Source of the DNA: Octopus sinensis
Taxonomy: Eukaryota
Reading direction: 5' to 3'
Assembly: GCF_006345805.1 (NCBI RefSeq)
Contig: NC_043000.1
Span: 127,720,001 to 127,784,000 of the forward strand
DNA: 64,000 nt
In this document: positions 13,263-26,586 of the stretch, in pieces
Numbering within the stretch: position 1 is the stretch's first letter
How the letters are laid out: each line of letters begins with the position of its first letter
Translations under genes and position numbers: made by a program
Notes under the pieces: model-generated
The model's database searches: none
Told to the model about the DNA's origin: nothing
The model's input: only the letters and a program-made list of their open reading frames with translations

Positions 13263-14609
13263 ATATTATACTCTAGAAAAGTATTGCATATTTTCACTCT
13301 TCCTCACACAGATTCAATTTTCAAAAGCATTTTTGGTCATCTTTTTCTCCGCATAAAAAAAAAACCAAAGCTTCAAGATTATTACTTAGACAATTGGTAT
13401 AACTATAAGTTTGTCGATTATTCCAGATACATCTTGATAATTGCTGGGCTTGTGGCACTTGTTGCACAAGTTTGTAAGACGAAAGAGTGAGGCTCACTCA
13501 GCACAAACCATGCCCACTATGATAATATCCATCGTGCAAGTTGTTCAGCAAAACCAAGATACCATCACCATCACACTTCCTTCATAAGTTTAGTAGCGAT
13601 AGGAAAAGAAGCAACAGGGAAGGTGGAGGATGATATTGGAAGCCTTCAGCTTTGAACCGGCACACAAGCAGCCTTAGAGTGAAGTGGTCTGCTGTGTCTT
13701 GTTGAACCTTCATTTGTCGAGGCGACAATAGTTCAGACTGAACAAAGGACTTTCCTCTCTATTCAACCCTGACCATCCGTTTGACTCGAGAAGCTTAAAA
13801 GGTCAGTTTATTCTCATAAATTTCCGCGTGCAACAGAGGACTTGTAGGAAATTGTAGATTTGTTTTCGAATCTTGCCTTAAACCTTTCGAAGCTACAGTC
13901 GTGACCTTTTGTTGTCATTCCAGTGCAAGTACATAGAACATATCGTATCAAGCAGTGAACAACTTCGTTTGTAAGTTTGATATTCAGCGAGAATCCTGAA
14001 ATTTTTCTTCTGAGTTTATTTTATAAGCGTAAACTTGCAAAAAACAAGAAACAGATCACAAACTACATATACGGATTGTTATCCTATAAAACGAGAGTCC
14101 TTAGTAACGCTCTCTGCTTATCTGACTTCCAGACGGTTGGAAATCAATTTTTTCTTTGTCAGAATGGCGAATTTTTTTATGTTGTGATGATGTCTTACGA
14201 TTTTGTTATTCTGAAAAAATATTTGCTTATTTTGCAATGAATCCAAAGAACCTAATAATTTTTTACCATTTTCAAACTCGAATCAGCAACTTCTATATCA
14301 ATTTATACATAACTAACTCTCTCACAGTGTCCAAATTATTAGCTGAACCACAGCGATAAAGAATTTGCAGAATCACCCAGCACAATATAGTAGCAGGGTT
14401 AGAAATAGCAAATCTAAGAACTCCTTGTAAAGATCTTTTATTCTGCACTGAACATGCCCGCAAACACACACATTTAGATAGATAATTAGACAGGCAGACA
14501 GAGACAACACAGATATAGCGCAACTTGAGTAAGACTTCAACTCTGCTTTCAGTAAATGTTGCACTTTTATTCTTAGAGTTGTTTTCAAATAATAACTTTA
14601 TTATAACAC

Positions 14610-14654
<45 letters not shown>

Positions 14655-14659
<5 letters not shown>

Positions 14660-14825
14660 CAGGTGTGTTTATGTCCCCGTCACTTAGCGGTTCGGCAAAG
14701 GAGACCGATAGAATAAGTACTGGGTTTACAAAGAATAAGTCCCGGGGTCGATTTACTCGACTAAAGGCGGTGCTCCAGCATGGCCGCAGTCAAATGACTG
14801 AAACAAGTAAAAGTAAAGTAAAGTA
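14655..14825 (+). mobile_element. SINE family B tail
   Basis: tttatgtccccgtcacttagcggttcggcaaag...gactgaaacaagtaaaag. Confidence 0.8.
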
Positions 14826-14847
14826 AAAGTAAGTATATATATATATC

Positions 14848-14881
<34 letters not shown>

Positions 14882-14916
14882 TATATACATATATATATAC
14901 ATATATATATACATAT

Positions 14917-15009
<93 letters not shown>

Positions 15010-15429
15010 GGGGAGAGAAAGAGAGAGAGACAGAGACAGAGACAGAGACAGAGAGACAGAGACAGAGAGACAGAGACAGGCAGACAGACCCACAGACAAG
15101 AAAGGTGTGTTCCAGTATATATTCACACACTTATTAGTTGATAGATAGATGCACTAGAAAGCAAATCCATGACGTCATAAAACGAGTAATAGATTTACTA
15201 TGACATGGGAAAATAGGTCTTCGTATTTCGCATTGAATTATCGTATTGAATTTCTTAACGTATTTTCTCTCATAATTTATTTAATTACCATATGTTTACT
15301 TGGAAACTAGGTACTGGAATCACCGATTTATATACTGATGTAATTCAATTATAGTTTGAGAGTCATTTTCAGCTATTTCAATACCAGTATTTGGTGCATG
15401 GGAACCAAAGTGCTTAGGGGCCCTTTCTC

Positions 15430-15690
15430 TTCTATATCCAGGGCTTCATCATTCCTGAAGAAGTAACCCCTTCCTGGACTCCTATCACAGCTGTCTGTCT
15501 CTGAACAATCGTAGCAATGTAAGCCCCCAATAGTGGGTGAGATCATCTCCCCATCTTGTCTTTGGTCGAATTCTTGATCTTGTCCATTCTTTTGGTGTCC
15601 GTTCTGTCACCTTAATTGTCCATCTTTTGTCCTCCGGCTGCGTGATGTTGCCAGCCCATCTAGGGGTCCATTGCTTAGCTATATATGCTG
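15430..15690 (-). mobile_element. RTE-clade LINE 3' coding fragment
   Basis: Minus strand translates as RWAGNITQPEDKRWTIKVTERTPKEWTRSRIRPKTRWGDD, matching the RTE C-terminal RWAGH...GRP..RW motif. Confidence 0.75.
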
Positions 15691-16411
15691 AGGATTGCTA
15701 TCAATAAATAAATATTATAGGTAGGACCATCTAAGCAGAATTATAGCCTCCACCCAACCCAAACAAATCAGAGCACTGAGCGCAGTAATGTTTATTTATT
15801 GACAGCAAGCCACGTAGTACATGGATCAAAATTGGGCCCCCTAATTCGTGAGGTCCCGGGCAACTGCCGAGTGTGCCTATACCTTAGGAAGGTCCTGAGG
15901 CCCTGTGCATTGCTTCGCCTTCACCCGGATGAGGACTATAATGTTTTTAAAACAGCTTTGCACTAAATCAATAAATGCTGATCTTACCAATCGGTTTCGA
16001 ATAAAGAATACAATGGAGTGTATGAGTTTGACCCCTTGGTTGGGCGTACTGTGAAGCCGGTAAGAGTATGATCTTGTTATGGTTGTTAAGGTGGCGAGCT
16101 GGCAGAAATGTTAGCATACCGGGCAAAATGTTTAGCGGTGTAACGAACTTGGTGTGAGGTGAATATCCTAGTGCACTTTTGGGGTGCACAAAGCAATCAC
16201 TCACTAGCCGTTGCTTTAATAATCCAGATTCTCTACAAGTCAGAAACAACAAGACGCAGACGTAAAATATACATATAACTACTTTATTCTCTTTCTTGGT
16301 AAACAATAACAATAAGTGTGTTATCTGATGTCCTTGATTCTGGGCGCGCAAGGCTGAAAGTTAATAGATTGTAATATTTACAATGTCCAGCCGATGAAAA
16401 CAGAAAGGGTC

Positions 16412-16735
16412 CAAGATGGCGTCGAACAATGGAGACGATGTTGGTCTGCAACAATTTTGGTTAAAGCCCTTTTGGTAAGGACTGCTAGAAGCTAGTTCAG
16501 ACGGAGAGAATATATGCGTGACCGTCGCCGTCAATCGCTGGGTCCCAAGTCCTCGATGACTGCTGCTAGTGGTCAAACGTTCTACGACCCCTTTGCCTCG
16601 CTAACTACCACGATAGGCAAGCGGGTCATGCTTCCGGTGGTTCGCGCATGCGCGAGAGGGCCCTTCCTTTCTCTGCCTTGGTAAAGGCACCAACACGCGC
16701 GAAATACAAATGGACGGCGCGCGCGCGCGCGCCGT
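16412..16735. promoter_or_regulatory. CpG-rich island with YY1-, ETS- and NRF1-type motifs
   Basis: CAAGATGGCGTC 16412-16423, CTTCCGG 16631-16637, CGCGCATGCGCG 16643-16654, (CG)n palindrome 16714-16735. Confidence 0.45.
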
Positions 16736-17174
16736 TGTAGGATCGCTACAGCGGTATTTCGTCCGTTTTAATGTTCTGAGTTCAAATCCCGCCGAGGTCG
16801 ACTTTGCCTTTCATCCACAGTCCACGACTTTGCCTTTCACCAAACTGTCCATGCCTTATGGAATTCCTTTCTACTGACTGATATCTATATTTGCATTCTA
16901 CTTTCATATATATATATAAAATAGAAAAATGGGACAAGAACGCAAAACATCCAGACAGCTAGGTGATAAAAAAAGGGACAACAAAACATCTAGACAGACG
17001 ATACAAAGGAAACAAGCACGGGTCATTCGGAGTTGTCTATTCTCACTCGAATTTCAAATTATCTTTGCAATTTCGGCTGGTTATACTCGAGATTGCTCCA
17101 ATCTGGCTAACCGCAAGGAAAAAACTAAGCTATGAGCATTAGATTCCTTGGAAGAAAGCAGCGAATGTATACGA

Positions 17175-17584
17175 AAACAAGGCCGGAAAAAAAACGGATC
17201 CGTGACACTTCGTCGGTTACGACGTCGAGGGTTCCAGTTGATCCGATCAACGGAGCAGCCTGCTCGTGAAATTAACGTGCAAGTGGCTGTGCACTCCACA
17301 GACACGTGTACTTTTAACGTAGTTCTCGAGGCGATTCAGCGTGACACAGAGCGTGAAACGGCTGGCCCTTTGAAATCCAGGTACAACAGAAACAGGAAGA
17401 AAGAGTGAAAGAAAGTTGTGGTGAAAGAGCACAATAGTGTTCGCCACCCACCCACTGCCGGAGCCTCGTGGAACTTTAGGTGTTTTCACTTAATAAACAC
17501 TAACAACGCCCGGTCTAGGAATCGAAACCACGATCCTACGACCGCGAGTTCGTTACCCTAAACACTGAACCATTGCGCCTCCAC
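17175..17584 (-). mobile_element. SINE family C, near full length
   Basis: tRNA-like head at about 17510-17584; the tail (gtgtcacgctgaat...ttcacgagcag) is shared with 53434-53752. Confidence 0.8.
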
Positions 17585-17632
17585 ACACACTACTAACACA
17601 CACACACACATGCATATATATGTGTATATATA

Positions 17633-17696
<64 letters not shown>

Positions 17697-17820
17697 TGTT
17701 TGATTTGCAAAATAGTGGTTTTGTCTCGAATTAATATTATATAATATTTTACTATAAAATTGGATTTATTCCTAAATCTGATTTTTTTCCCTGTAAATTT
17801 GGATTTATTCCCTAATATTT

Positions 17821-17893
<73 letters not shown>

Positions 17894-18232
17894 ACAGTTT
17901 GGTTCAGAATCGTTGGTACTCTGAGTTTCAAGCATGTGACTAGTCTTCGGCCATTGGAGTCTGAATGAGAGTTCGATTGAAGAGAGTCAATGTTTACTAC
18001 TGGACTTTAGCCTACGATTGGTCGAGAAAGGTCACGTGGTATTGAGTGCTGTCACTAGCTGTTGCCACTGAATTACCGACATTAAAACAACGTGACCTTT
18101 GTCGACCAGTCACATGCTAACGTCCAGTCGTAAACATTGACTCACTTCAATCGAACTCTCATTCTGACTCTAATGGCCGAAGACTAGCCACGTGCTTGAA
18201 ACGCAGAGTACCAAAGATTTTAATCAAACTGT
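17894..18232. mobile_element. Long-TIR fold-back/MITE-like element (about 140-bp arms) next to (TA)n
   Basis: acagtttggttcagaatcgttggtactctgag...aaaggtcacgt is the reverse complement, with scattered mismatches, of acgtgacctttg...agagtaccaaagattttaatcaaactgt. Confidence 0.8.
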
Positions 18233-18412
18233 TTTGATCTATGCATGTAACTCCCAATAAATGTGTTGGGTGTCCTTTCTTCGTTTGTCTATTCACTGTT
18301 ATATATGTGTATATATATATATATTATATAACGGAAAGGTTTACGAAAATAAACAAAAGACGAAGGCATATATAATGTATTATATGGCGCTCAGGAATAG
18401 AAATAGAAAAAG

Positions 18413-18450
18413 TCTTTTACGCTTCGAGCCTACGCTCTTCGACAGAAAGA
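18413..18450 (-). ncRNA. Hammerhead-like motif, A6-variant family
   Basis: Minus strand UCUUU-CUGUCGA-A-GAGC-GUAG-GCUC-GAAGC-GUA-AAAGA. Confidence 0.4.
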
Positions 18451-18596
18451 TATACAGAAAAAAACAAGGAGAGAAAAAATGCGTGTAGGAGCAAACGATC
18501 TATCATGGCGTCCTGAGTGCTACTAATATAGGATTTTTTCAGAAAAAAATGTCATCAAAAGTGGCAGCATATTAAGATACCTTTAAAGGTTAAAAT

Positions 18597-18734
18597 TTTA
18601 TAAACAAGGGCAAAAGAAAAATTATTTTTGTGCCAATATGCTGATAACAGACCTTCAATCGTCAATTTCCACATTTCATTATACATTCATTATAACTACA
18701 CGCTGTGCTGAAATCTTTTGCCCTTGTTTATAAA
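18597..18734. repeat. Short fold-back (21-bp arms) next to (TA)n
   Basis: tttataaacaagggcaaaaga / tcttttgcccttgtttataaa. Confidence 0.8.
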
Positions 18735-18879
18735 TTGTATATATATAGATATTTATACATATATATATATATATAAATGTGTGTGTGTCTGTGTGTGTGT
18801 GTGTGCATATACATATACATATCGACACACAGACGCACACAGACGCGCACATATGTACGTATACGTGTGTGCATACATA

Positions 18880-18965
<86 letters not shown>

Positions 18966-19923
18966 TATATAAAATACATATAGTGAGACAGAATGGTGGG
19001 TTGAGACCATAGTAGAGATTATTTGTTGTACAAAAGCTTAAAAGAGCTCAATACACCCTTGTGTCAGCAGTTTGTAAAGTTTGGTGTGTTCGCTTGTTTG
19101 TGTGTATGTGTATCTATATATATAAAGAGAGAGGGTGGGAGAGACAGAGAGAGGGAGGGGGAAGACGCATAAAGATAGATAGACATACACGTTCGCGCCC
19201 CATATTATACAAAGTCGGCCAAACGAAATAAAAATCGTCTTTGCGGAATAAAGAAATCATCCAGTAGAATAGAAAGTTGCATTAATGCTTTGTACCCAGT
19301 CATAAAAATGACTATACAAACGAGAAGTTTCATGAAAAAGGCTTGTTGTTCATCTTGTAGTAATGTCGGTTTGATAGGCTTACTGTGGGAACTGCGATCA
19401 ATGTCTTTGTTTGTTTTTTTTTAACTTTTTGGCGGTAGGATGAACAGGAATTTATTGAAAAGTGTTGTAAAACTTTTATATCGTTATATATTTTTCCTTG
19501 CCACTATTTGCAAGTAAGTCTTCGTTGTGCATAATAACAAGTATATCAACAAAAAGGCAGCACCAGTGCCTTGTGTCGGTCCGGGTAAGAATCGGAGAGA
19601 AAACTGTGAAGACGGCCAAAGTCTTTCTTTTTTTTTGGTGGGAGGGGGTTATTTTGTTTCATGGGGAACATTTTATTTATCTTTTCTTTTTTGTTTGAAA
19701 AGGTAATAACGTGAAGTTTTATATAACAAATCAAATTCGGAAACTGCAGTCAATTTCAATGCAATTGCAAAGTTATAATAAATAAAAGATAGACGTGAGA
19801 GATTGTAATATCTGCAACTAGTTTCATTAACAGAAACTATACAATGGCAACTTTCCTATGGATTCCATACTGCAATTAAAAAATTATTTAATTCCAATGG
19901 ATATTCCTTGTTTTGCTTTATCA

Positions 19924-20019
<96 letters not shown>

Positions 20020-20344
20020 ACACACACATACTCACACACACACGCACACGCACGCACTCACGCACGCACACACACACACTATGTATATGTGTGTATGTGT
20101 GCATGTATGTATGTACGTATGTAAGAACAGGTAGGGAGGTAGGTAGGTAGGTAGGTAGGTAGGTAGGTAGGTAGGTAGGTAGGTAGGCAGGTAGGCAGAC
20201 AGGCAGGTATGTATGTATGTATGTATGTAGGTAGGTAGGTAGGTAGGTAGGTAGGTAGGTAGTAGGTAGGTAGGTAAGTAGGTGGGTAGGTAAGTAAGCA
20301 GGTATGTGCTATATCTGCCAATACCAGTGACATCGCAAATCATT

Positions 20345-20705
20345 TCTACAGCTGAGTGAACTGGAGCATCTGAGACCCCCTTCGGTCACGACACATACCA
20401 TGGGAGTGCACCTAGAAAGTTACCCTCCCAGGCACAAGTCCGGGCAAGGTTGTTTATGGAAGACCAGCAGTCGCTCATGCATACCAGCCTCCCCTCTCCA
20501 CGCCACCAGTGTTATCCAAGGGAAAGGCAAAGGGGCCGATACAGCTTGGCACCTGTGACATCGCAACTCATTTCTACAGCTGAGTGAACTGGAGCAACAG
20601 GGAAATAAAGTGCCTTGCGCATGAACACAACGCACAGCCGGTCCGGGAATCGAGCTCACAACCTCATGATCGTGAGCCCGACGATCTAACCAGTGAACCA
20701 TATAT
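20345..20705 (-). mobile_element. tRNA-derived SINE with central domain and RTE-like tail (fragment also at 10405-10560)
   Basis: Minus strand gtggttagatcgtcgggctcacgatc...GAGCTCGATTCCC head; gctccagttcactcagctgtagaaatgag central block. Confidence 0.6.
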
Positions 20706-22420
20706 TTACACACACACACCACCACCACCACCACCCACTCACCAATTACAAGATCCACTATATTATATAGTATTTATTTATTATAAGCAATTAATGTTTT
20801 AAAGAAATATTTTAGGAATAAATACTTTACCAGGGTTCATTTACCTGCCATTTCCGTACAGCCTGTGATTCAAAAAATATTTTTTGACTGTTTACTGTTA
20901 TAAGTTTTATAAATGAAGATCAAGCTTATCGTATTATGGTCAATTCTGCGCCCCACTTCAATCGGCGCCTGGAGCACGTGCCCCTTCCCCGACTTCCCCA
21001 CCCCACCCCTAGTTACGCTACTTGTTGCAGGTCTACAACAGTATTTACGTTGCTCGCTGATCCGAAACCCAAGTCTGGTTCAAAGGCTGTCGCCATCTAT
21101 CCTATATGGTAACATATAGGATAGATAGCGATAGATAGTTCCTGGGTCTCTGGAACATCTTACACAATCTAACCGGGATGGAATAAGTCTTTCAGTACTT
21201 TTCTCTCACCATTCTTTGCTACTACGCAATTGCCAATTTAAGTACCAGACGAATATTTTCATGATACGCTGTAATAAGATATTTTTGCAGTTAATGTGCA
21301 TTGCGTAACATTTTTTCATAGACATATTTAAGCCTAGGCCTACTTTCATAGCGAAGCAGAAAATGTTTATTAAACATAAACTTGCTAAGTAATGACTATA
21401 ATTTAGTACCATAACAATTACTTTTATTTAGCTCGGTGATGGCGAACCTTTTAAGCCTGGCGTGTCGAAATTTTAATTTCTATAATAATTCTATTTAATT
21501 AGAATGTCACATGTTTGGGCATTTTAGTTTAACGTAAATACTTGGACTTTTTGTAACATGTTGATGGGTACGTGTACGTAAATCCGTATAAAATATACAC
21601 GTTCTCAGAGCACAGAGATGTAAACACGAACGATAATTAGTTCATTCTGGGTAATTGAGATTTGTGAATGGCCGCTGGGTGGCGCTTTTGCGGACCATGC
21701 AGAATCTTTGATTGTTCGCACATATATCACAGATCAATGCGTGATAAACGTAACATGGTTCTCAATTGAGATTACCGTATCATCTCAGATCAGTGAAGAA
21801 TGAATCAGTGAAAAACGATGACAGACGTTTAGTGGGGTGTGTGTGGCTATGGCTCAGGTAATGTTATAATCTTTTGGTTCCAAACGAGTCATGATTAAGA
21901 GCACCAAGAAATACGAAGACACAGGTTATAATTGACGGTCACATTTATTTCAACACTAATAGAAGACACAACAAACTGGTACAACATAAATAATAGTGTT
22001 TGAAAATATAAAATAATTCCTCGTGCAGTTGGTACAAGAGGAAGTGCGCGGGAAAGGAACAAGGCATCGTGTCAAAACCCTGTGCTGATAAATTTCACCT
22101 CCTAAGTTAGCTTAGAGGAAATGATTTATTTATAGCCGTCGTGAGGTTCCAGCATACCAATGTCAATTTGGCGCGCTTTGCTGGTCTGGCAAATGGTCTG
22201 ATTGGATAATTTAAAGCATCCAGTCGGCACGAACAGGTTTGTCAATGTGTGACCAGACCATGTGACCACTTGCCGAAAACAAGCGTACAAGCTGATATGA
22301 GCCTATTTAAGCCTTAACAGCCAAATGGTAAACATGCTTCTGCTATAGATGTACTAAAAAGCGATATTTACGAGTTACAGTAATATCCCAAAATAATTTA
22401 TTTGTTCCAAATTACAATAT

Positions 22421-22863
22421 ACTAGCAGTATTGCCCGGCGTTGCTCGGATTTGTTTTTAGTTGCGCTTAAAACAGCTGACTTTGATGTCGCGTTAACAGT
22501 TTTGACATTGTTTCAATCTTTTTTGAAAAGTAAAAATTTTGCATTATGTAGCTTGTTATTCTCTTTAAGTGAACATTTTTCTGGTTGAAATACACCGAAA
22601 AATGGCGACACAGCAGTTACAAAATCGTAAAAAATAGAGATTTTCATAGAAAAAAAAAGCACCTTTTTGATGTAAATAAATTTTGGTGTTAACATGGTCC
22701 GATTTGAATTTTTCTACTACGGAATAAAGAGCAAGCCTTCTTCTATCATACTCACAATTTTGGTCAACTTGCGCCGCAGGGTCTCGGAGGAGATAGTGTT
22801 ATCTGAAGGCTACCAAACCTGCCACACACACACACAGACAACTTCAGCTTTATATGTATAGAT
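22421..22863 (-). mobile_element. Helentron/HINE (DINE-1-like) non-autonomous element
   Basis: Ends actagcagtattgcccggcgttgctcgg and cagctttatatgtatagat, shared with 30161-30558. Confidence 0.55.
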
Positions 22864-23442
22864 TTGTTAATACTGAGTACGCCAGCCACAGTTTACCCAT
22901 AATTCTCTAAACAAGAGATCGCGTCTGCATGCTTACGTATAAGCGTATTTGTGTCGATGTGCATAGCCTAAATTAGCTATCATTTAGCTGCGAGATTAAT
23001 TATCTCAGAGTAAGTTAGCTATACAATAAAAATAAACCATACCAGAACACAAAACTATATACGGTGTTTTGAGTATATTACTTTTTGGGGGCGAAATTAG
23101 ACGAGAGGTTATTTTTCAATATCAAGCCAACAAAAGATAAAGCTTGTTTTCCTGTGTGTTTCATTATGAGTAATCTTTTTGAATAACAATGGGCACTATA
23201 CAATACTACCGAGCCCAGTACAATATACAGCTGGCTTAATTACTTTGCAGTTGCCGTTATTATATAAATTGTGCTACTTTAAAATAATAACAAAACGAGG
23301 CATTTCATAAAGGAAAGAGAAGGGAGAACTATAATGCATAATAAGAGGCGTAGAAATAATATTTTCTAACATCTAGTTATAATAATTTCCCACTAATAAT
23401 AGACTCAATGGTTTTAAAAGAAATTGTTGCTTGAATATGGAT

Positions 23443-23598
23443 AGGCGCAGGTGCGGATGTATGATAAGAAGCTTGCTTCCCAATCACATGGTTCCAGGTT
23501 CAGTCCCACTGCATGGCATCTTTGGCAAGTGTCTTCTACTATAGCCTTGGGCCGACCAAAGCCTTGTGAGTGGATTTGGTAGACGGAAACCTGTTCTG

Positions 23599-23672
<74 letters not shown>

Positions 23673-23905
23673 GTGTGCACGCGTGTGTATTTGTGTCTGT
23701 GTTTGTCTTCCACCACTGCTTGGCAACCGGTGTTGATGTGTTTACATCCCCGTAACTTAGCGGTTCGGCGATTCAGACCGATAGGATAAGTACTAGTTTT
23801 TTTTTTTTATAAGTACTGGGGTCGACTCAATCGACTGAAATTTTTTCAAGGCACTGCCCCAGCATGGCCGTAGACTAATGACTGAAACAAGTAAAAGATA
23901 AGAGA
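23443..23905 (+). mobile_element. SINE family B, full length with (GT)n insert
   Basis: aggcgcaggtgcggatgtatgataag...GGTTCAGTCCC head, (GT)n, tail. Confidence 0.8.
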
Positions 23906-23984
23906 TAAACATGATTCCAGAAAATTTGGAGATGACGGCGGTTTTTCCAGATATTTCTGAGCTTTTTATGATAATCATCTAATA

Positions 23985-24438
23985 ATCGTCGAAAATAGAA
24001 ATGCAAAGATCCATGGGATTTTATGATTCAGTGCGACCATGAGATAGAAAAGAGGAAGCCAGACATAGTCTTAATTGAGAAAGAAAACAAACTATGCTGT
24101 ATCATAGATATAGCATGCCCAGCTGACAACAAGGTAGGCAATAAGGAAGAAAGAAAAGTCGAGAGATATGACAGGTTAACTTGGGAAGTTAAGCAGTTGT
24201 GGTCGAGGGAAAAGGTAGCAGTAGTACCAATAATTGTCGGAGCCCTGGGAATAGGGAGCAAAAATCTCGAGAAGTACGTGGAACAAATAGGGGCTGCAAT
24301 AAGAGTCCACTCTTATTGCAGCCCAACCGCTCGAATATTCCGGAAGGGGCTCGAAAAATAAGAGGTGTTACCTTACTTCACTGGTAGTGAACAGTTGACT
24401 CTGTAGTACATCTCCAACGTTAAAAGCTGTGCAAAGGC
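23985..24438 (+). mobile_element. R4/Dong-like RLE non-LTR retrotransposon 3' fragment
   Basis: WDFMIQCDHEIEKRKPDIVLIEK...IIDIACPAD...KVERYDRL...VVPIIVGALG is a PD-(D/E)xK restriction-like endonuclease; ends in (AAT)n. Confidence 0.85.
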
Positions 24439-24487
<49 letters not shown>

Positions 24488-25122
24488 TGGTCAAGAAACA
24501 ATAAATCATATTATCTCTGGATGCCCAGTCCTGGCTAAGAAGGAATATATTCACAGACATGACAGAGTTGGAACCTACATACACTGGAAGCTATGCCAAC
24601 ATTATGGAATAACAACAGAAAAAAGATGGTATAGGCACACACCAGAAAAGGTCACAGAAAACGAGAAAGCAACCATACTCGGGATATGCCGATACACACA
24701 GATAGAGAAATTAAGGCAACAGACCAGATATAGTTGTCAGAGATAATGAAGAAAAAAATGTTTCTAATTGATGTATCAATACCGGCAGATGATAACGTGT
24801 CTCTAAAAGAAATGGAGAAACTTTCAAAATACAAAGACCTGGAAATAGAGGTAACAGAATGGGGAATCTAAAAACAGAAACAATCCCTATCATAGTAGGT
24901 GCATTAGGCATGATAAAAAAATATTCAGACAAATACATAACAAAAACACCAAGACTTACAAACACATAACATACAGAAAATTGCAGTACTAGGCACTGCA
25001 AATCATACGCAGAACACTTTCCATACAATAACCATCAGAGCATCACAACAAATCACAGCACATACCCAGGCACACAGAGCTGCGCTCGGTAGTGAAGTGA
25101 AAGCACGCTATAAAATAAATAC
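24488..25122 (+). mobile_element. Second R4/Dong-like RLE retrotransposon 3' fragment
   Basis: ETINHIISGCPVLAKKEYIHRHD (CCHC knuckle), RPDIVVRD, LIDVSIPADD, KYKDLEIE, IPIIVGALG across frameshifts; (AAT)n on both sides. Confidence 0.85.
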
Positions 25123-25158
25123 TGAATAATAATAATGATAATACTAATAATCATAATA

Positions 25159-25190
<32 letters not shown>

Positions 25191-25236
25191 TATATAATAA
25201 ATATAATAATAATAATAGTAGTAATAATAATAATAG

Positions 25237-25278
<42 letters not shown>

Positions 25279-25288
25279 TATAATAGTA

Positions 25289-25329
<41 letters not shown>

Positions 25330-25330
<1 letters not shown>

Positions 25331-25870
25331 CCTGATGCAGTACCAGGCATTGGCTCTCATGGCTCTGATCTTAACTGATTGGAAAGTGTTATCATGTACA
25401 TTGTTTTTGTCTTGGTATAAAAGATGGGCTACAGCAAATATTCTGCTCAATACCACAGATTTGCTTGTCAGTTGTTGACCTTAACCAGTTGAGCATGTCC
25501 TTATGGCTGACGTATATGTGCATCTCTGATCACGAGCAGAAGTAGTGGGGGAGCATCATAGCCATGTGTGGAGGGATGCTTTGGGGTTTGAATAGTTCAC
25601 CTCTGGAAACATGGGTGGTTCTTTCAACATCCTTAAACACCCTTATCGGGGACCGTTTTAGCGGTGGCTACTCAACCTGAAGAAAATTCAAACTGGCGGC
25701 CCACCTGCAAGGTCATGTGCTGTTTATCTTGATATGAGATCACCATGTCGCGCACATATGGTTGTGATGATGTGCTTGTGTACCTTTATCAACGGGTAGT
25801 CATGATGGGTTATATGGGCTTCGTATATTTACCCCAGGTCACTTTGATGGCATGAACTGCTCTCTCATCA
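25330..25870. mobile_element. Unclassified complex insert within (AAT)n
   Basis: About 540 bp of balanced-composition sequence bounded on both sides by (AAT)n; no ORF recognised. Confidence 0.35.
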
Positions 25871-26404
25871 ATAATAATAATAATATAATAAAAAAAATAA
25901 TAATAATAATAATAAACATTAGCTGCTCATTCTTCAGTTCGAATTAACGGAAGTGAGCTTCTGGAACAATCAACTTTAAGATTTGGTAATGCACTCCGTT
26001 GACTTAGTCTTGTTTTCAACTTTGACCTAATAATTAAAACTGAACGTTGCTGTTATTTGTTTAACATTGTTTCCTTATTTCAGTCTACTCATGGTCAATT
26101 CTGTACCGAGACTGACTCACACAGCAAAGTTGGTTTTTAAATTTGTGTAAATTGATGTGAAAGCCTTTTCATGCTGGGAGATGTGGAAAACATCATAATG
26201 GAAACAAAAGAGAGAGAGAGGGGAGGAAAGAGTATACATACGTGTGCGTGCGTGTCAGAGAGAGTGGAGGTCCTGGAAGTGTATATGCGTATAAAAAACG
26301 AAGAATGAGTATGAAAAAGAGAAAGAAATTTGATAGAAATGGAAAAACATTTTGTCGTACCGTACATCACCATTTACATCACCATCTCTTTATTTTCTCT
26401 TATT

Positions 26405-26442
26405 TCTTTCTGCTGAAGAGCGTAGGCTCGAAACGTAAAAGA
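26405..26442 (+). ncRNA. Minimal hammerhead-like motif, A6-variant family
   Basis: UCUUU-CUGCUGA-A-GAGC-GUAG-GCUC-GAAAC-GUA-AAAGA: stems I and II pair, palindromic ACGU stem III. Confidence 0.5.
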
Positions 26443-26540
26443 CTTTTTCATTTTTCCAGTGAGTCAAACTAATATACTTGTTTGTTGTTTATACACCTGT
26501 CTTCGTCTTTTGTTTTTCTAGAACTTTCAACTATCAATCA

Positions 26541-26586
<46 letters not shown>

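Noticed and set aside
13400-13960. Possible Tc1/maT transposase remnant on the minus strand (GSVMV..., PHSFVLQ...)
   Set aside because: The resemblance is weak, no catalytic DDD/E motif or TIR can be read, and I cannot support it without alignment.
21862-22334. Possible solo LTR (TGTT...AACA, minus-strand AATAAA); similar hints at 54330-54645 and 55185-55420
   Set aside because: No TSD, PBS or PPT seen.
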